Assembly: GCF_004634385.1 (NCBI RefSeq)
Contig: NZ_CP037895.1
Span: forward strand, 633,245-657,244
Origin: Thermaerobacter sp. FW80
Lineage (GTDB): Bacteria > Bacillota > Sulfobacillia > Thermaerobacterales > Thermaerobacteraceae
Reading direction: 5' to 3'
DNA length: 24,000 nt
The notes below the pieces were generated by a model. The model was given only the letters and a program-made list of their open reading frames with translations, was not told where the DNA came from and ran no database searches. A program made the position numbers and the translations under genes. Shown here piece after piece: positions 9,081-16,151 of this stretch. How positions within the stretch are numbered: position 1 is the first letter of the stretch; the number at the start of each line of letters is the position of its first letter.

Positions 9081-10912
9081 CGCCCCCCGCCGCGGGGCTC
9101 GTCCACCCGCAGCACGGCCATGAAGGCCTCTTGCGGGATCTCCACCCGGCCCACCTGCTTCATCCGCTTCTTGCCCTCTTTCTGCTTCTCCAGCAGCTTG
9201 CGCTTGCGGGTGACGTCGCCGCCGTAGCACTTGGCCAGCACGTTCTTCTTCAGGGCGCGGATGGTCTCGCGGGCGATGACCCGCGACCCCACCGCCGCCT
9301 GGATCGGCACGTCGAAGAGCTGGCGCGGGATCAGCTCCTTCAGCCGCTCCACCAGGGCGCGGCCGCGGGCGTAGGCCTTGTCCCGGTGGACGATGACCGA
9401 CAGGGCGTCCACCGGCTCCCCCGCCACCAGGACGTCGAGGCGCACCAGGTCCGACTCGCGATAGCCCTCCAGCTGGTAGTCCAGGGTGGCGTAGCCCTTG
9501 GACCGCGACTTCAGCTGGTCGAAGAAGTCGTACATGATCTCGGCCAGGGGGAGGCGGTACTCCAGCCGCACGCGGCGCGGATCCAGGTATTCCATGGTGA
9601 CGAACTCGCCGCGCCGCTCCTGGCAGAGCTCCATCAGCGCGCCCACGTGCTCCTTGGGCGTGAAGATCGACGCCCGGACGAAGGGCTCCAGCAGCGCTTC
9701 GATGCGGTCGCGCGGGGGCAGGTCGGCGGGGTTCTGGATCTCCCGCTCGCTGCCGTCCCGCAGCCGCACGCGATAGACCACGCTGGGCGCGGTGGTGATC
9801 AGGTCCAGGTCGTACTCCCGCTCCAGGCGTTCCTGGACGATCTCCATGTGCAGCAGGCCCAGGAAGCCGCAGCGGAAGCCGAACCCCAGCGCCTCGGAGG
9901 TCTCCGGCTCGAACACCAGCGCGGCGTCGTTCAGGCGCAGCTTCTCCAGCGCCTCCCGCAGCCGCTCGTAGTCGCCCGGGTCGACGGGGTAGAGCCCCGT
10001 GAACACCATCGGCTTGGCCGGCTGATAGCCCGGGAGCGGCTCCCGGGCAGGGCGGTCGACCAGGGTGATGGTGTCGCCCACCCGGCAGTCCCGCACGTTC
10101 TTGATGCCGGCGGCGACGAAGCCCACCTCCCCGGCGGCCAGCTCGTCCACCGGGACCAGGAAGGGGCGGAAGGTGCCCAGCTGGTCGACCTCGAACTCGG
10201 CGCCCGAGGCCATCAGCCGGATCCGGTCGCCCGGCCGCACCCGCCCGTCCCGCACCCGCACGTAGGCGATGACGCCGCGGTAGGCATCGTAGTGGCTGTC
10301 GAACACCAGCGCCCGCAGCGGCGCCTCGGGGTCGCCGGAGGGCGGCGGGATCCGCCGCACGACGGCCTCCAGGAGGTCGTCCACGCCGGTGCCCTCCTTG
10401 GCGGACACCAGTAGCACCTCCGCCGGGTCGAACCCCAGGTCCGCCAGCTGCTGGCGCACCTCGTCGGGCCGGGCGGCGGGCAGGTCGATCTTGTTGATGA
10501 CGGGGATCAGGGTCAGGTTGGCGTCCAGGGCGAGATACAGGTTGGCCACGGTCTGGGCCTCCACGCCCTGGGTGGCGTCGACCAGCAGGATCGCGCCCTC
10601 GCAGGCGGCCAGGGCGCGGGAGACCTCGTAGCTGAAGTCCACGTGGCCGGGGGTGTCGATCAGGTGCAGCATGTACTCCTGGCCATCGGCCGCGCGGTAG
10701 AACATGCGCACCGCCTGGGCCTTGATGGTGATGCCCCGCTCCCGTTCCAGGTCCATCATGTCCAGCACCTGGTCGCGCCGCTCGCGGTCGCCGATGGTGC
10801 CGGTGGACTCCAGCAGGCGGTCGGCCAGGGTGGACTTGCCGTGGTCGATGTGGGCGATGATGCAGAAGTTGCGGATGCGGGCCTGGTGGCCCCGTGCTCG
10901 CTGGTCACTCAT
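9077..10912 (-). CDS. lepA: translation elongation factor 4 (LepA)
   Basis: [48 protein letters not shown], and the LepA-specific C-terminus ...[40 protein letters not shown]. Confidence 0.97.
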   Translation of the reverse strand: MSDQRARGHQARIRNFCIIAHIDHGKSTLADRLLESTGTIGDRERRDQVLDMMDLERERGITIKAQAVRMFYRAADGQEYMLHLIDTPGHVDFSYEVSRALAACEGAILLVDATQGVEAQTVANLYLALDANLTLIPVINKIDLPAARPDEVRQQLADLGFDPAEVLLVSAKEGTGVDDLLEAVVRRIPPPSGDPEAPLRALVFDSHYDAYRGVIAYVRVRDGRVRPGDRIRLMASGAEFEVDQLGTFRPFLVPVDELAAGEVGFVAAGIKNVRDCRVGDTITLVDRPAREPLPGYQPAKPMVFTGLYPVDPGDYERLREALEKLRLNDAALVFEPETSEALGFGFRCGFLGLLHMEIVQERLEREYDLDLITTAPSVVYRVRLRDGSEREIQNPADLPPRDRIEALLEPFVRASIFTPKEHVGALMELCQERRGEFVTMEYLDPRRVRLEYRLPLAEIMYDFFDQLKSRSKGYATLDYQLEGYRESDLVRLDVLVAGEPVDALSVIVHRDKAYARGRALVERLKELIPRQLFDVPIQAAVGSRVIARETIRALKKNVLAKCYGGDVTRKRKLLEKQKEGKKRMKQVGRVEIPQEAFMAVLRVDEPRGGGR

Positions 10913-10940
10913 CCGTCGGCGGACCTCGCGATCGCGACCG

Positions 10941-11777
10941 TCAATCGGGCGGGATGCCCAACGCCTGCGCGATGGCGGACCACAGCGCCTCGTCGGGCAC
11001 GGCCCCGTCCAGGGCGACCCGGTCGTTGATCACCGTCTTCGGCACGGCCCAGACCTGGTACTGACGCGCCAGCTGCGGGAAGGAGCTGGCCTCCACGGCC
11101 TCCGCCACCACCCGCGGGCTGGCCAGGGCGAGTTGCATCGCGGAGCGCACGGCCCGCGGGCAGTGGGGTCACGTCGGGGTGAAGAACACCCGCAGGTGGA
11201 CGGTTTCCCCGGCCTCCTCCAGCCGCGCCAACCGGCGGGGGTCCAGGGGACCGGTGGGCGTGGGGGACGCCTCCCCCTCCTCGGGGCCGGCACCGTCCGG
11301 CCGCGAACCGGCCGCGGCCCCGGCATCGCCGGGATGTGCCGCCGGGGGTCGCGGGGCCGTGGCTTCCGCGCCGGCGCCGGCCCGGCCGGCGTCGGCGCCC
11401 GCTTCCGGCGTCGAGGCAGGGCGTCCCGCCTCGACCAGCGCCTCCAGGAGGCTGGCGAACTCGTAGCCCAGCGGCGCCCCGACGAAGCGCACCCGGCCCG
11501 CGGCCCGCCCATGGATCACCAGGGTGGGCGTCCGCTCCACCCCCAGTTCCCGCCCCCGCTCGGCCTCCCGGTCGAGGTCGCGCACCGTGAGGCGAAGGTG
11601 GGGGCTGAGCGCGCAGACCTCCTCGAGGAGCTGGACCGTCTCCTCGCACCGCGGGCACTCCCGGCCCGGGATGATCAGGCGGGTGTCGCGGACGAAGAGC
11701 TCGACCTCCACCGGCGCCGTCACGCCCTGGAGCTGCTGGGCGACGGCCTGCCGCTGGGACTCCGTCAGGATCGCCAC
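10941..11777 (-). CDS. two-domain glutaredoxin-like protein disulfide oxidoreductase (PDO family) with an in-frame TGA at 11171-11169 (candidate selenocysteine; otherwise a nonsense-disrupted gene)
   Basis: Track ORFs 11169..11870 and 10941..11150 share one frame. The N-terminal unit carries CPRC ([20 protein letters not shown] ... [21 protein letters not shown]). The C-terminal unit reads [27 protein letters not shown]...[15 protein letters not shown] start 11777 has AGGGAGG 10 nt upstream. Confidence 0.78.
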
Positions 11778-11797
11778 GGACCCATCGCCTCCCTGCC

Positions 11798-11833
11798 GCG
11801 GCGGTTCCCGGTCGCCCGGCCGGGAACCGCCGC
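11798..11833 (-). other. perfect 14-bp GC-rich hairpin in the spoIIP / oxidoreductase intergenic region
   Basis: GCGGCGGTTCCCGG / CCGGGAACCGCCGC arms flank an 8-nt loop. The hairpin ends 4 nt before the GGGAGG ribosome-binding site of the downstream gene. No U-tract follows. Function is unknown; it could be a U-less terminator, an mRNA end protector, or an RBS-occluding element. Confidence 0.5.
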
Positions 11834-11885
11834 TACCGTTGAGCATAGCGGCGCGGGCCCGCGGCCACAAGCCTCGCCCCCGGGG

Positions 11886-11992
11886 CCCGGCGGCTTGACG
11901 CCGGGCGGGCCTTGGAGGTGGACGCCGCGCGGGAGCGGGACGGGGCGTCGCGCCCTACCCCGGCGGCTTGACGCCGGGTGGGCACTGGAAGG
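11886..11992 (-). repeat. direct duplication (33-34 nt, two copies) of the spoIIP 3' end, each copy containing a 7-bp hairpin
   Basis: Copy 1 (11886-11918) is cccggcggcttgacgccgggcgggccttggagg. Copy 2 (11959-11992) is cccggcggcttgacgccgggtgggcactggaagg. Each contains CCCGGCG-N6-CGCCGGG. Copy 2 covers the last spoIIP codons and its stop. Confidence 0.6.
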
Positions 11993-12995
11993 GCCGGTCG
12001 GCCTGGGGGACCCTGCCGGCCTCGATCACCGCCGCGAGGGCCTCGCCGAACATCCGCGCGCTGCGCTCGGCCTCCGCGGGCGTGTTCCCGTAGCCGCCGA
12101 TCTCGACCAGCACCGCCCCGGGCCGCACATGCTGGTTGTAGCGGTTCTCCGAGACCAGCACGCCCTTGACCAACCCCGGATGGCGCCGCTCGAGCTCGGC
12201 CACCAGCCACTGCACGAAGCAGTAGTTCTTGTGCCACTGGGGATGCTCGAGCCGCCGGTCGGTGCCCACCACGAACAGGATGCTGGCCGCCGGCTGGCCC
12301 CCGACCCGCGTCAGGGTGGCGTCCCGTCCCACCCCGTCGCGGTGGATGTCCAGCACCACGTCCACCGTCGGGTACGCGTCCAGGAGGCCGGGCCGGTCCC
12401 CGTCGCCGACCAAGGCTGCCAGGGACCGCTGATAGTTGCCGATGCGCGTCACCCGCTCCCCGTCCCGGTCGAAGACCTGGCGCAGGTGGACGGTGCCGAT
12501 GCCGCGTTCCTCCAGCACCTGCTGCACCACCGTCCCCACGCCGACCACGCTGGCCCCGGGGTCGCTGGTGAAGGCCTCCACCGCCGGGTCGAACCCCGTC
12601 CCCGCCGGCACCGCGCCCACGTAGGCCTCGCTGGTGTGGGTGTGGTAGATCAACACCCGCGGCCGGTCGCCCGCGACGGCCACCTCGCCGTCGTCCGCCG
12701 CCTCGGGGCGGAAGCGGGGCAGCCCACCGGCCAGGACGTCCGGCGGAGCCAGCCGCCCCACCACCGGCCCTCCCTCCTCCTCGAAGATCTCCAGGGGATG
12801 GGCCCCGGGGAACTGGCTGGCGACCAGGGTCACCGGCTCGTCCAGGCGAACGCCGGCGATCCTCTCCGTCAGCAGGTCGGCCAGGCGTCGCCCCAGGGGG
12901 CCGGTGGCGGAGCCGCGGCCGCCGGCCGGGGATCCCGCCGCCCCGTCCGACGCGCCCTGGGCCCCGGGTGGGGGGACGGGGCCGAACCGGGCCAC
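11955..12995 (-). CDS. spoIIP: stage II sporulation protein P (SpoIIP) catalytic portion; lacks a membrane anchor as called
   Basis: RVLIYHTHTSEAY, ERGIGT, VVLDIHRDG, ILFVVG, RHPGL, RYNQH and VLVEIGGYGNTPAEAERSA are colinear with B. subtilis SpoIIP (FIYHTHNTESY ... DIHRD ... FVVG ... YPGL ... NQD ... LLEFGG). The first in-frame start is GTG 12995. Confidence 0.85.
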   Translation of the reverse strand: MARFGPVPPPGAQGASDGAAGSPAGGRGSATGPLGRRLADLLTERIAGVRLDEPVTLVASQFPGAHPLEIFEEEGGPVVGRLAPPDVLAGGLPRFRPEAADDGEVAVAGDRPRVLIYHTHTSEAYVGAVPAGTGFDPAVEAFTSDPGASVVGVGTVVQQVLEERGIGTVHLRQVFDRDGERVTRIGNYQRSLAALVGDGDRPGLLDAYPTVDVVLDIHRDGVGRDATLTRVGGQPAASILFVVGTDRRLEHPQWHKNYCFVQWLVAELERRHPGLVKGVLVSENRYNQHVRPGAVLVEIGGYGNTPAEAERSARMFGEALAAVIEAGRVPQADRPFQCPPGVKPPG

Positions 12996-13912
12996 ATCGC
13001 GTCGAGGACCGCCCGCCAGCCCCAGAGCCGCTCCGCCAGGGCCTGCCAGAGGTCGGGCTGCGCCTCGGCACCGCCGTCGCCCCCGGGACCCCTCGCGTCG
13101 GATCGCGAGGCCGGGTCGGAGGCCTCACCGGCAGCGGTCTGCCCCCCGCCCGCGGCGGGGGCGAAGCCGGCGCCTGCCGCGGGCGCGCCCTCGCCTCCGG
13201 GTCCCGCGGCCGGGCCGGGGTCGCGGCTGCCGCCGGCCCCGGCGCCCTCCCCGCTCCCGTCCCCGGTGCCGCGGCGGTCGGCGGACGCCTCCCCGGCCGG
13301 GGACCGAGGGGGCGCTGCGGGGCCGGTCTCGCCGGCGGTGGCGGGGAACCGCGGGCTCAGGGCGGGCACGGCGGGTTCGTCCGCCCCCTGGCGCGCCGCG
13401 GAGGAGGCGGCGCCGAAAGACGGGGCGGCACCCGCCACCGGTGCGCCGCCCGCTGCCGGCACCCCCGGCCCCCCGACCGGGGAGCGATCCCACGGCAGCC
13501 CCCCGCCCAGGCCGGCCAGGAAGAGGAAGACGGCGACGACCACCCCGGCGTACGCAGCCACGGCGGGCCACGGGTCGGGGGCTGCCTTGCCCGCGGGCGC
13601 CGGCCCGGCGGGGGCCGGGCCGGTGCCCGCGGGGCCTGCGGCGTCGGCGGGTACGGCGGCCTGCTCGCCCGGGCCCTCTTCGGAGCCGAGGCCGCCGGGC
13701 CCCAGCGGCGGGGCGCCGGCCATCGCCTGCAGGCGGCCCGCGTCGCCCCTTGGCGCCGTCGGCGCCCTCCGGGCGAGGCTTCGGCCGCCGTCGTCGGCGG
13801 TCCCGACGGCGCGCCGTCGGGACCGCCCGGCGGGAAGGGTGGCGGCCCCCGCCGTCGAGCCCTCGGGCCCACCGGCGCCCGGACCGGCCTGCACCCCATC
13901 GCCACGCCCCAA
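12869..13912 (-). CDS. membrane-anchored low-complexity ORF; probably the displaced 5' part of spoIIP in another frame
   Basis: High G/C third-position bias. One clear TM segment, WPAVAAYAGVVVAVFLFLAGLGG (about 13500-13570), followed by a Gly/Ala/Pro linker and ...DLWQALAERLWGWRAVLDA. Overlaps the spoIIP ORF by 127 nt in a different frame. Start unclear (TTG 13912 or ATG 13723). Confidence 0.4.
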   Translation of the reverse strand: MGRGDGVQAGPGAGGPEGSTAGAATLPAGRSRRRAVGTADDGGRSLARRAPTAPRGDAGRLQAMAGAPPLGPGGLGSEEGPGEQAAVPADAAGPAGTGPAPAGPAPAGKAAPDPWPAVAAYAGVVVAVFLFLAGLGGGLPWDRSPVGGPGVPAAGGAPVAGAAPSFGAASSAARQGADEPAVPALSPRFPATAGETGPAAPPRSPAGEASADRRGTGDGSGEGAGAGGSRDPGPAAGPGGEGAPAAGAGFAPAAGGGQTAAGEASDPASRSDARGPGGDGGAEAQPDLWQALAERLWGWRAVLDAMWPGSAPSPHPGPRARRTGRRDPRPAAAAPPPAPWGDAWPTC

Positions 13913-14884
13913 CGGCCCAGCCGGTGCCGGCCGGCCGCAGGCGGGCGGGCCGACCGCCCCTCCCCGGCCGCGCCGCTGCCCATGGTCGCCCGCCGGCGCC
14001 GCCGCGGGCTCACCGGGGAACCCGCCGCGCCCCCGGTCCCCTCCCGCGCCGGGCGATGCCGCGTGCTCGCTCCCGCTGCCCGCGAGGCGGCCCTCGGCAG
14101 GGCCTCCCCCGCCTTGGTCGCCGGAGCGCCCCGGATGCCCCGGCCACCGCGGGGGGTGGCCGGGGCTCCGAGCGCGCCCGGGGCGTGGGCACCGACGGCA
14201 GGCGATGGCCCAGTGGCCCGCGGCCCCACCCGGGAGGCCGGCGCGGTCGGCGCCGCAGCCGGCGGCGCGGCCAGCCCCCCGCCCGTCGCCTCGCTCGCCG
14301 CCCGGGACGCCGCACCGTCCCCGGGCGCCAGGACGGCGTGGGATGCCTTCGGCGGAGCCGCTCCGCCCATCCCGGCGGGGGACCGTTCGTCGCCTGCCGC
14401 CCCGATCGATGCATCCCCGTCGCCCGGGGCCGGTTCGTCCGGGGTCTCGGGTCGCGATGCACCGGGCGTCGGGTCGGCGGCGGGCCGCGGTCGTCGCTGG
14501 GGCGCGGTGCCGGCCGCGGGCGCCGGCACCGCAGGGGAGGGGCGCGCCGGACCGCCCGTAGGCGTCGTCTCGGGACGCGGCGCACCGGCCGACGGGGGCT
14601 GGCTTGCCGGAGGGCGATGCGCGGGCATGGCTGTCCCCCCATTCGCCTCCGCTTGCACACCTATGCGCCGGTGGACGGGGTCATGCCGGGGCGGCGGTGA
14701 AGGGAGCCGGGCCGCGGAGGCGCGAGGGCCGGGCATGGCCCAGCGTGGCGGGAATGGGTGGCGCCTGGGCGCGGCGGAGTTCGGGCCCAGCAGGCGAGCC
14801 GGAGGGGGCCGGGCGGCCCTGGGCCTCGTACGCGGGCCTCGGCCGATGGGTCCGCTGGCGGGTTCGGCGACGGGAGCCTCGGGC

Positions 14885-15179
14885 GAGGCAACCGAACGGC
14901 AAGGGTCGCTGCGGGGGCGGCGCGATCGAGTCCCCGCCTTCCCTCGCCTCGGCTTTCGCAGTGCACCGTCTGGTACGAAGAAGGGGGCTCGTGCTCGACT
15001 GGGACGCGACGTGGCCGGCATCTCCGATCCTGATGGCCAGCCCCGGCGGCCGCCGTCGGGCCGCCGTCGCCGGCAGGGGCCCGGAGACGGAGAACGCCCG
15101 TGGACGGGCCGGACGTCCTGCAGCCCGGCAGGCGCTCCCCGAGGAAGCGGGAAGCCGGCACCGACTCCCGGACGGGTAA
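14885..15179 (+). pseudogene. tnpB: tnpB pseudogene fragment (C-terminal ~65-95 codons only)
   Basis: The translation ...GRCGGGAIESPPSLASAFAVHRLVRRRGLVLDWDATWPAS...AVAGRGPETENARGRAGRPAARQALPEEAGSRHRLPDG* aligns with the intact TnpB C-terminus CSRCGAVKPSLPLSQRVFRCEECGLVLDRDENAARNL...AVAGSGPETLNARGRDGRPALRQAVPEEAGSRRRLIAG*. The zinc-finger cysteines and the RuvC-III DRDxNAA motif are destroyed, and the N-terminal ~330 aa are missing. Confidence 0.65.
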
Positions 15180-15267
15180 GACCGGCGCGGCCGATCCGCG
15201 AGGATCGGCTGCCCGCAACCGACAGGGATCGGCTCCCGGCCATCGACGACGCGGTCTCAGGTCACGG
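14885..15267 (+). mobile_element. relic of an IS200/IS605-family element: degraded tnpB 3' end plus right end / omega-RNA region
   Basis: Colinear with intact-copy positions 17968-18205; roughly three quarters of bases are identical by eye, for example GGGCTCGTGCTCGAC at 14985 versus 17968 and GGCCCGGAGACG at 15078 versus 18040. Both copies end in TCAGGT(A/C)ACGG. Similarity is weaker back to about 14885. The relic carries an internal duplication of about 24 nt (GGATCGGCT twice). Confidence 0.7.
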
Positions 15268-15311
15268 ACACGCCAGCGCCGCGGCCCGCAAGCGCGGGGC
15301 CGGCGGCGATC

Positions 15312-15641
15312 CTATCGCAGCTCCGTCGGGACGAAGGCGTCGATGATGCCGATGATCAACGAGGCCAACAAGGCACCCAGGATGGAGACGCTCATCCCGG
15401 GGACGATGAACTGCACGGCGTAGATCACCACCGCGGCCGTGAGGAAGCCCACCAGCCCGCGGGCCTGGGGAGAGATGTTGCGGCCGAGCAGCGCCTCGAT
15501 GAGCCATCCGATGGCGGCGATCGCGACCGCGGCCAGCAGCGCGTTGACGAAGCCCATGATCCGGAAGCCGGGCACGAGGAAGCCCACCAGCAAGAGCACG
15601 ATGGCGGAGACGATGAACCGGATGATCGCCCCTATCACCAC
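15312..15641 (-). CDS. YvlD-like small membrane protein ('phage holin family protein', DUF360-type, 4 TM)
   Basis: VIGAIIRFIVSAIVLLLVGFLVPGFRIMGFVNALLAAVAIAAIGWLIEALL...FIVPGMSVSILGALLASLIIGIIDAFVP shows the repeated LVPGF/IVPGM hydrophobic architecture typical of this family. GGAAGGAG lies 8 nt upstream of GTG 15641. Track start 15650 overlaps the RBS. Confidence 0.8.
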   Translation of the reverse strand: MVIGAIIRFIVSAIVLLLVGFLVPGFRIMGFVNALLAAVAIAAIGWLIEALLGRNISPQARGLVGFLTAAVVIYAVQFIVPGMSVSILGALLASLIIGIIDAFVPTELR

Positions 15642-15708
15642 GCGGGTCACTCCTTCCAGTCGCTCGCCTGCCTCGCCAGCTGTAGGCTAACCTCGGGTCG
15701 CGGCCGCT

Positions 15709-15742
15709 ATTCCGGGGTTCCGCGGCTGCCATTCCGGGGTTC
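15709..15742. repeat. 12-nt direct repeat ATTCCGGGGTTC x2, start-to-start spacing 22 nt
   Basis: Exact copies at 15709-15720 and 15731-15742, about 70-100 nt upstream of the holin-family gene in the divergent intergenic region shared with rpsT. A similar pair, GAACC(C)GCGGTC x2, lies at 15811-15838. Confidence 0.5.
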
Positions 15743-16096
15743 GCCCCTCGGTGGCCCCCGTGGCCGGCTCGCCCTCGGCGGACCCCACGGCCGCCGCACC
15801 CGCGGCCCCCGAACCGCGGTCGCCGAACCCGCGGTCTCCCGGCCGCCGGAGGCATGGATCCTGGCACCCCTGGCGAAGGGGGCGCATCCGTGCCGGTGCG
15901 CCCCATCCCCGCCCGAACCCCATGCTCTGGATGCCCATGGGGCGATGCGCCGGGCGCAGCAGCGGCGGCTATCCGGAGGCTAGTCCCCCCGGGGTGCGGC
16001 GGGCGGGGGTGGGCCAGGAGTCCTCGCCGGGGGCCTCGACGGCGGGACGTTTCGGCAGGTGAGGGGCGAGGCAAGGAGAAGAGGCCTCCCTTGGCC

Positions 16097-16125
16097 TTGC
16101 TCCACCCGGCCCCGTGGCGTAACAT
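16097..16125 (+). promoter_or_regulatory. putative sigma-A promoter of rpsT
   Basis: TTGCTC (16097-16102), a 17-nt spacer, then TAACAT (16120-16125), about 26 nt upstream of the rpsT start. Confidence 0.5.
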
Positions 16126-16151
16126 GAGAGTCTGGCACGGAGGTGAAGACG

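Noticed and set aside
9081-9230. The first 50 codons of the 588-aa hemW ORF.
   Set aside because: This part overlaps the conserved C-terminus of lepA ([17 protein letters not shown]) in another frame. A start at or downstream of the lepA stop is far more plausible.
10941-11150. The 69-aa ORF as an independent small gene ([15 protein letters not shown]...).
   Set aside because: Its start is an internal Met of a thioredoxin fold whose active-site strand (FFTPT-x-PHCP) lies upstream in the same frame. It has no RBS. It is the C-terminal part of the oxidoreductase gene interrupted by TGA.
10704-14561. A 1285-aa plus-strand ORF, together with the other very long plus-strand ORFs (77..2263, 1780..3387, 3434..5278, 5385..7412, 7824..9227, 8882..10414, 12904..14700, 12968..15346, 17964..20087, 21316..23688).
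   Set aside because: They lie antisense to clearly identified minus-strand genes (dnaK, dnaJ, lepA, comEC and others). Their translations are Arg/Pro/Gly-rich nonsense. They stay open only because stop codons are rare at this GC content; several share third codon positions with the real genes (shadow ORFs).
14010-14660. A 216-aa minus-strand ORF (MCKRRRMGGQPCPRIALRQASPRRPVRR...).
   Set aside because: It is extremely Arg/Pro-rich with no acidic or hydrophobic structure, which is typical of an out-of-frame reading of GC-rich DNA. It lies within the unresolved block discussed in the findings.
15687-15938. An 83-aa minus-strand ORF (MGIQSMGFGRGWG...GDRGFGDRGSG...) upstream of the holin-family gene.
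   Set aside because: There is no ribosome-binding site before its ATG. The composition is Gly/Arg-rich and repeat-driven (it reads through the direct DNA repeats), and it has no recognisable domain. It is treated as non-coding spacer.
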